From: Batkoa obscura
Taxonomy: Eukaryota
Assembly (NCBI GenBank): GCA_030770535.1
Contig: JASVEC010000012.1
Location: forward strand, 620,001-684,000
Direction of reading: 5' to 3'
DNA length: 64,000 nt
Shown here in pieces: positions 10,801 through 22,979 of the stretch (position 1 is its first letter; each line of letters begins with the position of its first letter). The notes below the pieces were generated by a model. The model had not been told where the DNA came from and made no database searches. It saw nothing but the letters and a program-made list of their open reading frames with translations. Both the position numbers and the translations under genes were made by a program.

Positions 10801-13406
10801 AATATTATTGCCACCCTCATTCATAATCTCAATTTCATTAAGAGTATTATTATTGGGCAAACAATATTTTTCATTCATATTATTTAGATTCACATTTGAT
10901 TCTTCATTTTCATTTTGAACACCATTGGTATTAACAACATGATTTGTTTCCAAGTCTAACTGCGAGATATCTTGAACAACACTCTTTATCTCAATTTGAT
11001 TCTCACAAATACCATTTTCCTTTGCACTTAAATCTGATTTTTTATTCACTTTACTCTCCGCGCCACAATCGATTTCTTTAAACCCACTCAAATCCCTTTC
11101 AAACCAATCTGGAATATTTAAACATGATACATCCGTTAAACTCGATACTGGACTTGACATTAAAAATGTTTGATCTCCTATTTCGGATATTGAAGTCAAA
11201 GAAGATAAATCAGAAAAGGTATCTAATCTAAAGTGATCTATTTTCATCTCTGGTTCTTCTTCAATATTAACTATTTCTTCTAATTTTTGTTTCATCATTT
11301 CATCGTATTGAAGTTTAAATTCTTTTTGCATTTCTTTTGTCAATACAGGTACCCCTTGATCATTATATTCTAATTTCGGATCCAGGGGAAGAGGAAGATG
11401 ACAAAGATCACAATGGAAATATTCATTAAAGGCATCTTTTTCATAATACAAGCTCTCATGATATGGACAAAAGAAGACTACGCCTTTTGAAAATTGTTGC
11501 ACAGATTTTCCAGTACATTTTAAATGATAATATTTGCTACAATCATCTTTGGTACATCCTATCATTGCCCCTATCCCTCTACATTTACTACATTTATGTT
11601 TATTGCTGTCCCTTACAGATCGTGAGATGTTATAGATATCTGACTGAGATGGGTTTTTTATACTTGGATTTATTCCAAGTACTAGTACTTGACCAACAAA
11701 TTTAGCACAATTGACATGACACCAAAATAAATCCAAAAAAAAGTTGGGGATATTGATTAAAGATTCAAATGGATTTAAACTATGAATTCCCTTCTTTGGT
11801 CGCCCTCTTTTATTTTGCGGTTTTAATAAATCATGGATTTCTTTGGCCCAAACTTCACCAAAATAATACTTTAATGTTGAATAACTCAATTCCCCATTTT
11901 GTAATCTAGCAGCATATTTTTGCCACATTTTAGGTCCTGGTTTGAGGATAAATGGTTTTTTAACATCAAATAATTCCCCAGTAATTTCTGTATGACTATC
12001 CGTATCATGACAAAACACACATGTAATCTTTCTTGGCAAACTTCGCTTATTAAATAATGGAAAATAACGATAGACACCAGGTATTGTAGGTACGCTTTTT
12101 TTAATTTCTTTTTTATATCTCAAAGTTAAAGAAGGTGGTAATTTATTCCTTACTTTATCTGTTTGGGCTATCAATTTCATCTCTTTATCATTCCCATCTT
12201 CTACTACCAATGGAAATATTGCATCCTGATCATAACTAACAATCAACTGAGTACCAGAAGGTTCATTTGAATTTGAATTGATAGTATGAAAGTAACCAAT
12301 TTTACCCCCTACTTTTTTACGGGAATAGGAGTTTACATTGTGCTCAGTGATTAAACATTCGACAGCAAAAGATAATCTTGGATGTTCATGTTTTTTTGGA
12401 AATTTTTTCAAGTAGCAGTTAGGGCATAAATCGAAGTCTTCTCCACCTTCAGTTAGAGTTGAAGATTTGCAGTCCAAGCAGTAGTATCGGTACTGTTCGA
12501 TGAATGAATTACATTCGTTGCAGTATAATGTCCAACCATCGCTTCGTGAGATGGTGCTGTTCAATGGGAGGTTTGAAACGTTTTGAATGGAGATTGGATC
12601 TTCCAGGATGATAGGTTCTTCGAATTTAGTTTCCCTTTTAATGTGTTTAGTTGAAGTACTTGGTTGATTGTCTACTTGTAAAAGTTTACGTGGTCTACCA
12701 CGGTCTTTTTTAGGTAAGGTAAAAGCTTTTTTAAACTCCTTTATGATTTTTTTGGGTTGGTTTGTTGCTTTTGGCGGCATCACTAAAAAAATTATCAGTT
12801 AATACCTACAAGTTTAAGCACAATAAAACCTACTTTTACCACTAGAACCATTCTCAAGCCTCTTAGTCCCCTCCACGCCATTAAAGCTTAATGGTTTAAC
12901 CCTATTTTGATCTGTTCTTATCCACTCATTCCTATAGCTCGCTTCATTTTTATATTTGATACAAACCTTATCATTTTCTTGTTTAATAATAATAGCTTCA
13001 CACCATATGCCTTTTCGATCTAGTACTAATACTTCGTCATCTATGTTGTAAGTTATTACTACTCCAGTATCGATTTCATGATTCTCAATTTCCTTCAAAG
13101 CTTCTTTTTTAGCCCCATTTGATACCTTTGAAGTTATAGAATGTTTCTTGTGAACTAAGAATGTATTAGTAAGTGTAAATGAAAAATTAAAACTATTTAG
13201 CTGTTACCTTTCCCATTCTCTACCGAATTGTGAATTTTCTTTGGTCTCCCTCTACCATCTTTTTTTATCACTTTCTCTTCAGGTAACGGACTATCTTCTA
13301 AAGAGCATACTCTCTTAAGTATATTCCTGGTAATATAATTACCAATGATCAATGGCTTTTCTTCTTTCTTTTTTATATCTTTTACCGGACACATATTGTC
13401 TTTCAT
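7877..13406 (-). CDS. Multidomain chromatin-reader / N6-adenine- or N4-cytosine-type amino-methyltransferase fusion protein (about 10 exons, ~1,700 aa)
   Basis: Exons join in frame through short GT-AG introns: AT-hook GRGRPKK; Tudor/chromo-like barrel (VLVLDRKGIWCEAII...YRNEWI); ZZ finger (CNEC...CLDC...DFDLCPNC...HEH); ePHD (CVFC...HVNC...CSKC...C..DDC..YYHLKC...CPYH); second ZZ; GATA finger CAYC-x17-CHQC; MTase motif I SNFLGRGT, GVDIN, GDAR and motif IV SHPPY; degenerate second MTase copy at the C-terminus. Confidence 0.85.
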
Positions 13407-13906
13407 TTGCAAAATCCAGTGCTAATTGCTGTAATACTGCTAGTTCGCTAATACTATATATTGTTGCTATTTTTGTTAATGAAATAGAAATAAAAATAAA
13501 AATAAAAATAAAATAGGGGTTGTTAGAATGAAAACATTTTAGTTTTTTTATTGGAACTTGAATTTTTGATGACAACGAAATCAAACCGGTTTTAGTTTAT
13601 GGCTTGAATTTTTTATCAGTGATTTTCTTGATTTTTCATTTATAATTTCTGATGAAATTAAGTTTTTAATTTTTGTTTAAATACTAAATAAGCTAATTTT
13701 TAGAAAATTAGGTCAAAGTTTAAAAAACCAAGTTTTATTAAAATTTAATCGTAAATTTCAGCCTACCTCAAAGCCTAAAAACTTGTTCAAATCACTCTTA
13801 CAAAAACGACTTCCCACATCCCAACCAGAAAAATTATATATAACCTCAAATAAATAAAAATTTATTAATAAAAAAAGCTACTCATCCTCAAACTGTACAT
13901 TCTTCA

Positions 13907-15566
13907 TTATTCTCCAGCATATAGCTCAACCCTATCTGCAGGTGGATGTTTACTATCGCCTAAATAACCTCTAGCAATATCCAAATCCTCCTGCTCTGTC
14001 ATTAAAATAAAGTCATCGTCTTCATCCCTATATCTTAGCCTTAATTTACTATTATTAAACTTTTTTTGTACACGATCTAAAAGCTTTTCAAATTTTACAT
14101 CCGTTTTCATTAACAATACACATGTCTCATTATAATGCACTTTCACTTTAAGCTATTTAAAAAAGAATTAAAGCTTAAAATAACTTGATTCATATTAAAA
14201 TTTTACCTGGCCAGGAGGCAATGGCAATTTAGGTATCGAAGGTTTGATCATAGCGGGGTGATTGATATATGGCTGGTTCACCATCTGTGTATAAAAATTA
14301 GCTGGAGTACCTAAAGCACCTATTTGATGATTTTGATTCGTCAGAATCACTGCACTATGTTTATTAGTTTTATTGTTAGATGCATTGGTTGGGCTTCCTG
14401 GTGCACTCGACCCTGTAGAGGGTGGGGTAGGCAACTTGATCTTCCTTGACTCCCTTTTTTTCCTTTCTGCGTGTAATCGTTTCTTCTCTGATAATACTGC
14501 ATCGTCTATGCTCTTCAATTTAACTGGTGGCTTTTCAGGAATTTCTACTGGTATTATTTGAGGCATTGGACTACTGTTACCAGCATTCTATTATATTTAA
14601 GGTTAAAAAATTATCCTATTATCACTTTTATTATTATTTACCTCTTTTGCCTGCTTACCAGCAAACCCAGTAAAACTATCCTTATCATCTTGAGCCCCGA
14701 TGACCTTCGATTTACCCAAATAATCTACTTTTTTAGTGTTTTTAGACTTGGTTTCGGCTGGTCGGAAGATGGAGCCTTTTGGTAATAGTATTGGCTCACA
14801 TTCCTTAATAAATTTAATAAACTGGTTCAGTACGTGATTGACTTATTAGTTTACCTTGCCATCTTTTTTGACTGCTTTTGGGATAATAGCGCTATGCGAA
14901 TCAAGTTGCTTATTCACCATTGCATACATAATATCCTCTTTAAATTTAGCCTTATTTTCCAAACGAGAGTAACACAAGGATCGATTGTACGCTACTTCAC
15001 ATGAGTATAAGGTGTGGTCTAACCCCAATTGAGCATAATTGATCAACAGGTTACCCCTAAGGTACTTTAATATATGATTAGTTATAAGATGAAGTTTTTA
15101 AAATGTGAATTACTTGAAAAGATTTATCATAGTCTTCAATTGCTTCTTCATAACTTTCTAATTTAAAACGAGCATTTCCTTTACAATAATGACCAATGGC
15201 TGAGTATTGATCAATACCTACTGCGGTTTCAAACGATTTTAACTAAGGTATTAGAGTTAGTATTGTATTTTTTAGTTTATAGTAGTGAGCACTTACTGAG
15301 TTTTCAATGTCATTCATAGCGTCATACACCAACCCTATATTTAACGCCACCCTAAAAGATTCGGGCAAATCCTAGTTTACTATTAGTAAAAGCGGTAAAG
15401 CCTATATGATGTTGTTTACTTGAAAGATGGATAACGCTTCTAAATAATTTTCTTCTTCAAAGCATTTTACTGCTTCTTGCCACTGCTCAATCTCTACCTA
15501 GAAAATTTTCAAATCGTAAGTTGTTGTGGTATATTATCACTAATAACGACTTACTTTTAAAGCCAT
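13907..15566 (-). CDS. noxR: NADPH oxidase regulator NoxR (p67phox-like; TPR + PB1)
   Basis: Spliced N-terminus MALK|VEIEQWQEAVNAFEEENYLEALSIFQ...TPR helices...YLRGNLLINYAQLGLDHTLYSCEVAYNRSLC; C-terminal PB1 domain KVKVHY...LRYRDEDDDFILMTEQEDLDIA. Confidence 0.85.
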
Positions 15567-17704
15567 GACAACTAGTTTTTCAGCTTCAGTTGTTAAATTG
15601 AGATTTTAGTTTTTTTTATAGGCTATAGAATTAAGATTAAATAAAGAGGAATAAAAAAGTATACTACTTGTTTAAATTGTAATTATTTAATTTTTGGTAA
15701 GCTTTGAAGATCTTAACTTTAGCAAAATTGAAATTTTGATCTTCTTAATTTGATGATTATCGGCTTTAAGTTTAATTCATTTTGGGTTTGATAGTACAAA
15801 TTTTAAAGAATGGGGAAAACTGCTTTTTTTAGTAAACCTTCTTGGCTTTTGTCATTATTTTTTGATTTTAGTGTGCTAATTTTAAGCTTAAAATTATATT
15901 TGTAAATTTCTACTTTCAATTAAATTGTGGTGGCAAATTGGCTAATTTATTGTTGCAATAACCAAGGCGAAGTTTTATTATAATAAGAGGTGATAAAATA
16001 GCAACAGGTTATAAAAAAATGATATGTCTTCTTTTGTTTAAGCCTTATTAATATATTAGCTATCATTTTACTATCTATTTATAATAAGAACCGGGATAGT
16101 ATTTTATAATACTTTAATTACAAATTAATCAAATTGAGTAGAAACTTTACAATTTTAAAGTTACAAATTAAAACTGACCAAGAATAGACAATTTGAAAGA
16201 GTAGTTATGATAATCAACAATTAAATTAAAATCGAATTTAATAAAAAATACCTGAGTTTTATATTAATAAAAGTAAGCCACTATATTATATCACTATACT
16301 ATTAATAGTCGTAAAATTTAATAAATCTAGGTTGCCACTGTCAACACAAACAAGCTTGAGATTATTTCATAATTAACATCGTTGAAGAAATTGAAATTAA
16401 ACTCGATCTTAGTTTTAATAAGTACTAGAAAATCTCAATTTTTAATAGTTTTTAATCATAAAAAATATTAATTAATAGTTGAAATTGAAAATAATCACAA
16501 AATAAAGATATACCTTTAAGAGCTATAATAATAATGTAATAAAAGCTTAATCTTTTATTTATTATTACGATCGATCACTAAAAATTCATTTTTAGTGGCA
16601 ACCGTAGAATTTTTTTAAAATAAAGATTTTACTATATTTTTTAAAATAGTAAATATTCAGCTAAAGTTATTCCCTCCTTCGTTTTATGTTAATAACTTAG
16701 TTTGAAACCATCAAGTTTACTCTTTTGGTTGAGTAACAATAACAAATATAAACTCAGTTGAATTCTAATTTAAAAAATACGGATAAACTTCATAGAAACT
16801 ATTATAAATCAAAAACTATTTCTTTAAGTTTATTTTTTAATTAAACATTTGCTCCTATTGATTATAAACCGTAAAAAGACGTTGCTAAAATATATACATA
16901 AATTTATTCTCTGTATAATTAGCACCTATATATTGCTTTAAAAAAAATAGATATATTTTTATAAATAATCCATATTTAGTTTTTGTATAAAATCCCATAT
17001 AGTAATTAGTATAAAAATACTCCTTCATATTACTCCAATCTTTCATTTATATTATAATAGCTAATAGTAGCCTAGATTTTTTTAATAATTTATAAATTAT
17101 TATCTTAATACTAAAACACTGACTTGGCTTAAATTTGATGCAATAATTAGCTGACTAAATTAAATGCTGGAAATTTTCAAGGTAAGAATCATAGTTGCCC
17201 ATTTTTTTACGGAATTTAAATAGGCACTTAAAAAGAAAATAGTATAACTATAAATTATTATTAGCCATACGTTTAAAATAGTCCTACATCTCAAAATATA
17301 GTTTTCAATGGCTCGATTATTATTTCAATCTATTTATCTTAAAAATATCTGAACTAATAAAGTGACGTTTATCAATCTTAATCCCATTTAAATTATTTTA
17401 GTAATAGTAAATCTAACCATCAGTATGCCTGAAATAAAAGGTTTAATTGTTTTGAAGGTTTTATATTATTTACATAACTTTGTATTATAGCATTAGCCTG
17501 TGTTATTGATTTTATTGTTGTTATTTATAAATTTAGTAGCTTTTTAAAATGTTAAATGAGTTACCTAGACCTTAATTATTCAGAGTGAGTTTAAAAGGAA
17601 AGAGGCATCGATGGTTATGAAGAAAGTTAGAGCAGTTTGCAGTTAGATGTCTTCTACTGTTTTTGATTTAGAGTGAAAAAAGACTATTATGAATTTAACA
17701 ATAT

Positions 17705-17801
17705 GGGGATATATTTTTGTGTTTAAGAATTTTACTAGCAATCTTTCCACTCAAATAGCGCTTAAAAAATGGAAAAAATATTGAAGCCAAAAAACACCCC
17801 C
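17705..17801 (+). mobile_element. ~97-bp MITE (Sola2-related family), copy 1
   Basis: GGGGAT...ACACCCCC termini, ATAT TSD on both sides, shared core TTTCCrCTCAAATAGyGCTTAAAAAATGGAAAAA. Confidence 0.88.
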
Positions 17802-19252
17802 ATATAAAAAAGCTGTAACCTTAAATTCATGTTGGAAAAATTGACTATAAATTAAAAATAACAAAAAAACACCTAACTCCAAGTTGCTCAAGTAGAAAAT
17901 TTAAAGGGTAAAATTAAGTAGAGATAATGGATCGAAGATATAATAATTCTACATTACAAATTTATAATTTTGAATATTAAAATAACAAGTTGCTGCATAA
18001 ACCAGTTACTGTCCTTTTCTTAATAGAAGGCAGAGAAACATTGTATTCCTATTAATAAACCGACTTTTCATTCAAGTATTAATATATATAAGGGTATTTC
18101 CGAAATAATCTCCTTTTTTTTTTCAGAAAATGAAAAAGTTATTAACTACAACAGCAAATATTTTGACATCTAAAAATAAAACATTTTTGATGCAAAAAAT
18201 TCTACTTGTTGCAAGTCTATATTCTTAGAGCAAAGTTTGAACGAAAAGGGAGAATGCTTTAGAAACACCCTTATAAACAAATGGGGATTTAAAAAATAGC
18301 AAGTTGTTTCAAACCAATATAATTAAATCAATGCCGCAATAATGTGTAGTGTAATTAATTAATGCTTGCATAAACAAGCGAGTCATAAATATGTTTTTTC
18401 CTTTGCTTCTAAAAGAAAAAGATAAGAGTTGACACATTAACTGTATATTAAAATTATGTGCTTGTGACTAAAAAAAGGTTAGATTTTACAATACCCCAAA
18501 TGTTTTTATCTCGGTGTTAAAAGCTTTACTTAGCTTGGCAAAACATTCAAACTAAGCGTCATAGATAACATTAAGTCTTGTGCTGCATTTTGCGCAGTTT
18601 TTAATCAAACTATTCTATTTTGGGATATAATGGATAGCAAGCATCTCAAACTATACTATGATTGTGTAATCCAAGTACATAATTTTACAGTATAACTATG
18701 AGATAACAGCTCAAGGCCAAGAAAAATTATGAACATGTGCGGCTGTAATAATCAAATTATAATAACTTAAAGTGAGTGGTGTTATGCTATATTTAGAAAT
18801 AATTAAAAAAAGAGTAACTGTTATAAAAACAATTGTTTAGAGGGACCAAGGTTGAATGATAAGATGGAAATAAACATTACGATGTAATAAATAGTCTTCA
18901 TAAATACTTTAAATGTATACATCAAGAGAGGTAGTTCCGTTTTAGAACAATTATTCAAAGTATATAACGCCATGTTAGTGGTTAAGTAAAAGTTAAGTGG
19001 TTACAACAGCAGTTGAATATTGAAGCCTCTTGATAATTAAGCTTAATTCAAAAAGAAAATTCTAAAAATCACTATCTTACTTAATATAGATTTTATTAAG
19101 CCATAAAATAGCATCATCTTAATTATTATGCAAGCGATAACAAATATTACTATTTAATTTCGATAGAGTTTCTAGGAGAAATGATAAAGTATATAAATAG
19201 TGTAAATGGAAGTATCTAATTATTAAAAGAAGGATTTAGTTATAAGTTAAAC

Positions 19253-20701
19253 ATGATTAAAACTTCAAAGTATTTTGTTCTATTTTTAATTACTATCAGT
19301 GGTATGATAGCCCCTTTAGCTTCTACCATCTACTTACCTTCCGTAAACTTAATCAAACTTGATTTAAATACTAATGACAGTATGGTTGATTTAAGTGTAT
19401 CTCTATTTCTATTTACTATTGCTGTATTCCCTTTAATGTGGGGTAACTTAAGTGACCAAGTAGGTAGACGGATACCGTCAATAATATCTCAAGTCATATT
19501 GATCTTGGCCAGTTTAGCTTGTGGTTTAGCAAATAGTATAGAAGCTTTAGTCGCTTTTCGAGTATTGTTGGGGATCGGGTCCTCGGCATATGGTGTGATC
19601 GGAGTTGGTATTATCATTGATTTATTTAGTAAAGAAGAAAAAGGTTTTGCTATGGGTATCTTTTTTATTGGAGCAACCTTTGGACCTAGTTTAGGGCCCC
19701 TATTAGGAGGGATCATCAATGAGTATTTTAAGGACTGGAGATATAATTTTTATTTCTTATTTGTGTTGTCAATTGTATTGTTTATACTTAATTTCATATT
19801 TATAAAAGAAACATTGAGTCCAGAAAAAAAAAAAGAGATTGAAGTCATTAAGATAAAGAATGGTGTTACGGATAATGAAAAGATAACTATTTATAATTAT
19901 GATGATGATTCTAACTTATATGATTATGAATCTTACAAAAATTATAAGCATTTTAATTTATTTAATAATTTCTATGTTAAATACAACTTAAACCTAAATC
20001 CGTTAAAGTGTTTCTATCTATTTTTCAATTTAAGAGTTTTAATTTTGATGTTATACTCTGGTCTAATCTATGGCTCTTATTATAACATCTCATTAAGCCA
20101 AACTCGTATCATGGATGAACAATACAACCTAAAATCTATTGAAATTGGCCTATCTTATTTACCTTCCGGTATAGGTAACATGTTGGGTAGCTACACTGGG
20201 GGTATATTATCCGACTATTTGATAAAACGAGCGAGCATCAAGAATGATAACGACAATGTAGATTATGAATATCGATTAAACGGAGCCTGGCTTGGGGTGG
20301 CCTTAGTAATGGTAGGCTTATTTTTAACCGGATATCACATTGAATTAGACCACTCTTTATATTTGGTTTTATTAGCACAATTTATCATTGGGTTTGGAAT
20401 GGCAAATGTATTCATCATTATCAACACTTATCTAACGGACATTGTAAGTGATAGACCATCGAGTATCACAGCATGTACCAATTTTATGAGATTTGGATTA
20501 TCGGGGATTATTACTTCATTCAGTTCTAAATTATTACAAAACCTTGGACCTTTTTACCTGTTTTTAATCTTCTCTTTGTTGCAAATTTTTGGCTTTGTTG
20601 TGTTAGCTTATTTTACTTTTACTTTTAAAAATGTTTTTAATTATTTATTTAAAAAAGAAAAAAGCAATAAAGAAGTGCTATTTATTAATGATATAAGTTA
20701 G
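19253..20701 (+). CDS. MFS drug:H+ antiporter (DHA1/QDR-like), intronless
   Basis: 482 aa, about 12 hydrophobic segments, STIYLPS, WGNLSDQVGRR (motif A), GPSLGPLLGG, WRYNF. Confidence 0.9.
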   Translation: MIKTSKYFVLFLITISGMIAPLASTIYLPSVNLIKLDLNTNDSMVDLSVSLFLFTIAVFPLMWGNLSDQVGRRIPSIISQVILILASLACGLANSIEALVAFRVLLGIGSSAYGVIGVGIIIDLFSKEEKGFAMGIFFIGATFGPSLGPLLGGIINEYFKDWRYNFYFLFVLSIVLFILNFIFIKETLSPEKKKEIEVIKIKNGVTDNEKITIYNYDDDSNLYDYESYKNYKHFNLFNNFYVKYNLNLNPLKCFYLFFNLRVLILMLYSGLIYGSYYNISLSQTRIMDEQYNLKSIEIGLSYLPSGIGNMLGSYTGGILSDYLIKRASIKNDNDNVDYEYRLNGAWLGVALVMVGLFLTGYHIELDHSLYLVLLAQFIIGFGMANVFIIINTYLTDIVSDRPSSITACTNFMRFGLSGIITSFSSKLLQNLGPFYLFLIFSLLQIFGFVVLAYFTFTFKNVFNYLFKKEKSNKEVLFINDIS

Positions 20702-20956
20702 ATTATACCATAAAATAGCTGATATTTAGTTGAATTTTATCTTTTACCCCTGTTTTTAATCATTACATATACTTTTATTTTTACTTTTATTTTTACTTTT
20801 ATTTTTATTTATAGATTATTAGGATCAATATTTTAATGTTAGCTTTGTTGAAAAAATTATAAATAAACCATAACTAAATAATGCAATTTTGTAGTATATA
20901 AAAATAAAGAAAAAGAAATAAAGAATTAGCTATTTATTAATTTGATTTTATATTTC

Positions 20957-21976
20957 ATGGTAGACTTAGATTCAACATTAAAGTATATTTCATTGTATAA
21001 CAATCTAATATCATTAATATGCGGTATCACTTTATTTCTCATTGTATTATACACCATTCTATACAACTACGAAGGCAGTGATAAATTAAGTTATAAATTT
21101 TATCTATGGATAGCAATTAATGATGTATCTTACAATTTATTAATTTTTATAAAGCAATATATAGTCTTACTTTATAATCCTGATACTAACATCGATGGAA
21201 CGTTAAGTGAGATAGTATATAGCTATGTTAATCCACAATATTGTAACTTTAACATACATGTTGAGCATGTATTAAATTTATGGTATGTATTTTTGATTGC
21301 TTGTTTAGGCATCAACTTACACGCTTCGTTTTTGAAAAATAAAGCTATTAAACTGTACACTGATTTACAGTACGCTATGACAACCATCTTTTTATCTGTT
21401 TTATTAAATTTACCATCCTTTATCGTGGGTATCGTGTACAATAAATGTTCTGGGTTAACTAATTTATACTTCGGTACCTACTCTTATCTGCACTTTTTCC
21501 TTACTTTCTTTCTACCAAATATATTCGCTATTGGCTACATTACTTTTATCTTCTTACTCTCCTTCAAAAAATTGATTAATAATAAACTGGGGTCTATCTC
21601 CGCAACCTCTTACTCCAACCAGTTTAATCGGCTATCAAAGCGCTTTTTAGGCTATGCTATTATCCCTCTAATTACCCAACTACCCTATCTGATCTGTTCA
21701 ATAAGCCTATACGTCAGTTTCAAATACACAATCATTCATTTCTTCTTTATGGACATTTTAGGCTCTTGCAATGGCTGGTTAAATCTCTTATTTTTCTTAT
21801 TGGATCCGTTAGTCCCTAAGCTATACGTTCAGTTGAAGCACCGCTACCATAATGGCCTATTGTTTAACTCAAAACTAACAGATAATGGATTAAATCATGA
21901 CAATACTCGTTACTTTATGTTTAATTTAAATTTTATGAGGCCTAAAAATAAGGTTAATAAATATACTTTGATTTGA
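20957..21976 (+). CDS. Seven-transmembrane GPCR-like protein (cAMP-receptor/Git3-like), intronless
   Basis: About 7 hydrophobic helices, Cys at the start of TM3 (QYCNF), RFLGYAIIPLITQLP in TM6, NGWLNLLFFLLDP in TM7. Confidence 0.7.
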   Translation: MVDLDSTLKYISLYNNLISLICGITLFLIVLYTILYNYEGSDKLSYKFYLWIAINDVSYNLLIFIKQYIVLLYNPDTNIDGTLSEIVYSYVNPQYCNFNIHVEHVLNLWYVFLIACLGINLHASFLKNKAIKLYTDLQYAMTTIFLSVLLNLPSFIVGIVYNKCSGLTNLYFGTYSYLHFFLTFFLPNIFAIGYITFIFLLSFKKLINNKLGSISATSYSNQFNRLSKRFLGYAIIPLITQLPYLICSISLYVSFKYTIIHFFFMDILGSCNGWLNLLFFLLDPLVPKLYVQLKHRYHNGLLFNSKLTDNGLNHDNTRYFMFNLNFMRPKNKVNKYTLI

Positions 21977-22009
21977 TAGTTATTGTTTTTTTTTATATTT
22001 AATATAATT

Positions 22010-22125
22010 TTCTTAAACAAAAAAATACATCCCCACATGATAGTTTTCAAGAATTTTACTAACAATCTTTCCGCTCAAATAGCACTCAAAAAATGGAAAA
22101 AATGATGAAACCAAGAAACATCCTC
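22010..22125. mobile_element. Rearranged MITE copy 2 (inverted left end plus body)
   Basis: 22010-22034 is the reverse-complement left end (TTCTTAAACAAAAAAATACATCCCC); 22047-22125 is the + orientation body ending GAAACCAAGAAACATCCTC. Confidence 0.75.
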
Positions 22126-22675
22126 ACGTATTGTTTTTTAGTCTAATACTTTAGCACCTATCTTTCAAGATTTAGGTTAACCTTAAGAGACTTTCAGCAA
22201 GTTTGCGTTCAAAAGATGCATCATTAGAATTAGATATATTATAACTAAACCATTATGTCAACATTCGAAATTAGAAATATACATGTTTTGAATAAAAGTT
22301 ACCATGCTCATCTTTATATTTGTGCATTCATTAAACTACTCCAAGTTTTATTATCAATATTAAAATTTGAAGGCACATGTAAGCCACATGATGTTTGTAA
22401 CTAATGCTATTTATAAGACCCAATTCAAAAAGTAAAAATATCTGAGTAAGGTCTTAGAGGACTGCTATGAGAAAAAGGGCATATAAAAAAGTCCTTTTTT
22501 GTAAATTAAAAACAAACCCTAAAAACATCAAATATAGTAGAAAATAGCTACAGCTGCTTTTTAAATATACTAAACCTAAACCTAACATAACATCAACCTA
22601 ACACTAATAAATCAACGCTTACTTTATTATCTACCCTAAGCTAATTTTTATTTTTTAGAATTCGAATTTGCAAAT

Positions 22676-22774
22676 GGGGATGTATTTTTTTGTTTAAGAA
22701 TTTTACTAACAATTTTTCCGCTCAAATAGTGCTTAAAACATGGAAAAAACAATGAAGCCAAAAAAGACACCCCC
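22676..22774 (+). mobile_element. MITE copy 3
   Basis: GGGGATGTATTTT...GACACCCCC; AAAT TSD on both sides. Confidence 0.9.
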
Positions 22775-22979
22775 AAATGCTCTATTGTTTAATTAAACTT
22801 TTTTATTATTAATTTTTGATTAATTTAATATAAGGGCCATGAAAAGTATTGAATAGTATTAATAACTCCTTATCAATACCTTTAAATGTTTAAGATTTTT
22901 ATGGATGATAAAATTTTATAAATCTTATATATATATAAAGTTCAAGTTATTATCTTTTTTTATAACAATTTTAACATAT

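Noticed and set aside
22565..22615. TAAACC-like repeats as interstitial telomere
   Set aside because: Only two or three imperfect units.
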